A stretch of DNA of 64,000 bases. Source: Rhizophagus irregularis. Its lineage: Eukaryota. The DNA is taken from positions 2,604,001 through 2,668,000 of the forward strand of contig NC_089431.1 of NCBI RefSeq assembly GCF_026210795.1. The letters are read 5' to 3'. The notes under the pieces were generated by a model, which had not been told where the DNA came from, ran no database searches, and worked only from the letters and a program-made list of their open reading frames with translations. Made by a program: the position numbers and the translations under genes. Every line of letters begins with the position of its first letter. Position 1 is the first letter of the stretch. Shown one piece after another: positions 61,544 to 64,000 of the stretch.

Positions 61544-64000
61544 ATGACAACAAATGTTAGCGAAGACAGGAAAAGGCTGAAAGAATTATTAACGTGGGTT
61601 TTAATTAGAGGGCTTTTTGAAGAATAATTGTTTATGCTTGCTTTGAATTTTCTAGTGACGCTTCTGAACTTGAAAGAGAATTCTTAAAGAAACAAGAGCA
61701 ACAGAAGAAAAGAGTTAAAGGCACCGAAAATAATGCGGATTTAGACGATGATACAGAATTTTTGCGTAATAGGTAAAGAAGGTTACTTTATACATACTTA
61801 TTATGTTATTTCTTATTTATTTTTATTTCCTATTATATAGCCTTAAAGACGTTTATGAAGATATTCTTTTGATTGACCTTAAAACCGCTAATGAAAATAA
61901 TATTGAAGAAAAACTTTGGAGAAACGTCTTTTATAGTCATATGGAAGAACTTAGGCAAAAATTGCGTAAAGTTAGTGTATTCGCTTTTGTTTGATGCTAT
62001 TTTAAGCACATTAATATTGTTAGTCTAATCTGTATTTGTCGTATAGGTTAAACCTGAAAAGGCAATCGAATATCAGGCCACGTATCTTGAATTATGTCGA
62101 TATTTGGACTTGGGTACCGGATTTTACCACACAATCGTTGATAACTTAAAAATTCGTGAAAATATAGATTTAGATCGGATTGGAATCGGTAATTGATAAT
62201 TTATTTTTTTTGTTTTTTTCCTTTTTGGTTTGAAAAACTATATCATCATATTAATTTATTTAGAGGTTTTCAAGAATAATGTTAATCCTTCGGCCACAGC
62301 ATCACGCTCTGTGTCAAAATATCGCAGAAGAGAACTTACTGCCGAATATATTCAGCGATGTCTCATCCACTTAGGTGACTTTGCTCGTTATCGTGAGACA
62401 CTTCTCGATGCAAGTGAAAAACGTTGGGAGTTTTCCAGACAGTTTTACACTAAAGCTGCAAGGGTTTATTGTGAGAACGGTAATAGTCGGATTTTAACTA
62501 GATATGATATAAATTATAGCAAATCATATAATAATTTATTTTATTTAATAGGTAAGGCACAGGCACAATTAGCTCTTCTTGCAACATATGGTGACAATGA
62601 ATTAGATATTGTTTATTGGTATTGTTTTAGGTAATGCATAATATTTGGAATAAAAGAGTTTTTTTTTTGTGATAACTTTATTTTTGCTTCTTTATTTTTT
62701 AGTCTTTCAACAAAACAGCCTCCTAGTATTTCCTCAGAAAATCTAAAGTTCTTTTATTCAAAATTTGCCCAACAAATTAACGAAACTCCAAATGGTATTA
62801 AAGATGTGTAAGTGAAAATAGTTTATATATTAAGTTGACAAAATTGACAACAAAATTAAAGTTTTTTCATAGTTTAACTGTTAAGGACTTTGCGAAAAAC
62901 TTCATGGTTATTCATCGGTATATTTTTGAAAAAAATGTTGAAAAATTGATGGAAAATGATGATGCTGAAAAAATTGTTTATCGTTTTGATTCATTATTGT
63001 CATCATCCGAATCAAGTCTTCGCGATTTGAGTATAACTCTCAAAAAAGTGATATTTATTCTCATATTTACCATTTGGGACTTGCGTAACGGTTCAGGTAA
63101 GATTAATCTAGGCTGAAGTTCCAAATTATTATAATATGCATTATTTAATTTTCATTTTTATTATAGTGCAAAGTCGAATTCGAAATTTGCAAGCTTTAGC
63201 AATTGGATTGGCATTTGGCTTTTTAATTCCGGTTTTTGAGAAGATAAATTCTTTGAACTCTGAAGACGAAGAGAAAAACTATACATTATTCTTACCTATT
63301 GTTATTTTATGGTGCGAATATTTGGGGACATTGACTGATCTTTTGAGTCAGTTGTGTAAATCAGCTGATAAAGAAAATATGAAGATTTCCAGAATGTTTT
63401 TAATGGTATGTTACTATTTATTCCATTTAATACTATAAATATTAGTTATTAACAATATTTTCGTTTTGAAATTCAGAATTTGAAAGCTTTCTTCAAATCA
63501 TTTGTCGATTTCATAAACCATTCAAAATTTTCTAATTTATTGTCTACAAATGATGATTTTCATGAAGTAGCTAAACGTGCTATTTCAGAAGATAACGAAT
63601 TTTTGGGAATAATTCCACTGCGGGTAGTTCATCAGGATATTAACTTTAATATTTTCGGTAATGTTGACATGCTTAAGGTTAGGTTTGCTAGATTAATTAT
63701 TTTTGGTAAGAAAATTTCCGAAACTAGGGTGAGTATATAAAGACATGCAAGAAATTGTATTACTATCTACATATTTAACGCTTTTATTATTTAGTCATTG
63801 GATTTATTAGAATACAATGAATCTACAAGTCAATTCATAATGATTGATGAGGATTTAAAGGTACTGAAGACTTTTGTAAAAAGTTATGTTAAGAAAATAT
63901 GTTTACTTATAACATAATTCTATAGAAAAAAAATCGACAGCGTGTTATGAAATTAATGGCACAACAACATTTGCTATATCAAGTGAATGATTTGGAAGAT
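61544..64000 (+). CDS. EST1/SMG6/SMG7-family NMD/telomerase factor, partial (runs off the window)
   Basis: IEEKLWRNVFY, QRCLIHLGDFARYRE, FYTKA..NG-KAQAQLALLA and YWYCFSL..P..ENL match the 14-3-3-like EST1 domain. Confidence 0.88.

Overview
AT-rich eukaryotic DNA with many short GT-AG introns. The gene set and the Cys-finger TKL kinase family point to a fungus, most likely an arbuscular mycorrhizal fungus of the Glomeromycotina/Rhizophagus type (inference). Most of the window holds about 25 densely packed, mostly housekeeping genes: METTL21-like methyltransferase, mitochondrial ThrRS, VPS8, GET5, CUE-domain protein, TFA1, GDP-fucose synthase, APM3, SERF, MCM1, CAP2, IDH2, MGM101, a VosA-like velvet, NDUFA8, Mtf2-like, BAR-PH-ArfGAP, RPT4, THO1, PFK2/FBPase2, NDUFAF4-like and a partial EST1/SMG6-like gene. 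The one clear accessory island lies at about 19.9-24.7 kb. It contains a ~3.1 kb segment bounded by Helitron/Helentron-like terminal hairpins that share a TGTCC/GGACA stem and end in CTAGT. The segment carries an intronless, recently broken TKL kinase whose motifs resemble, from memory, kinases of Mollicutes-related endobacteria, plus a nested 145-bp TTAA-flanked MITE. Other highlights are a spliced retropepsin-like/TM/Lys-repeat orphan gene, overlapping uORFs on an NMD-factor gene, phased GCCAAG motifs, GC-AG introns and microexons. Gene coordinates run from start to stop and include introns. All were derived by hand; no database searches were run.
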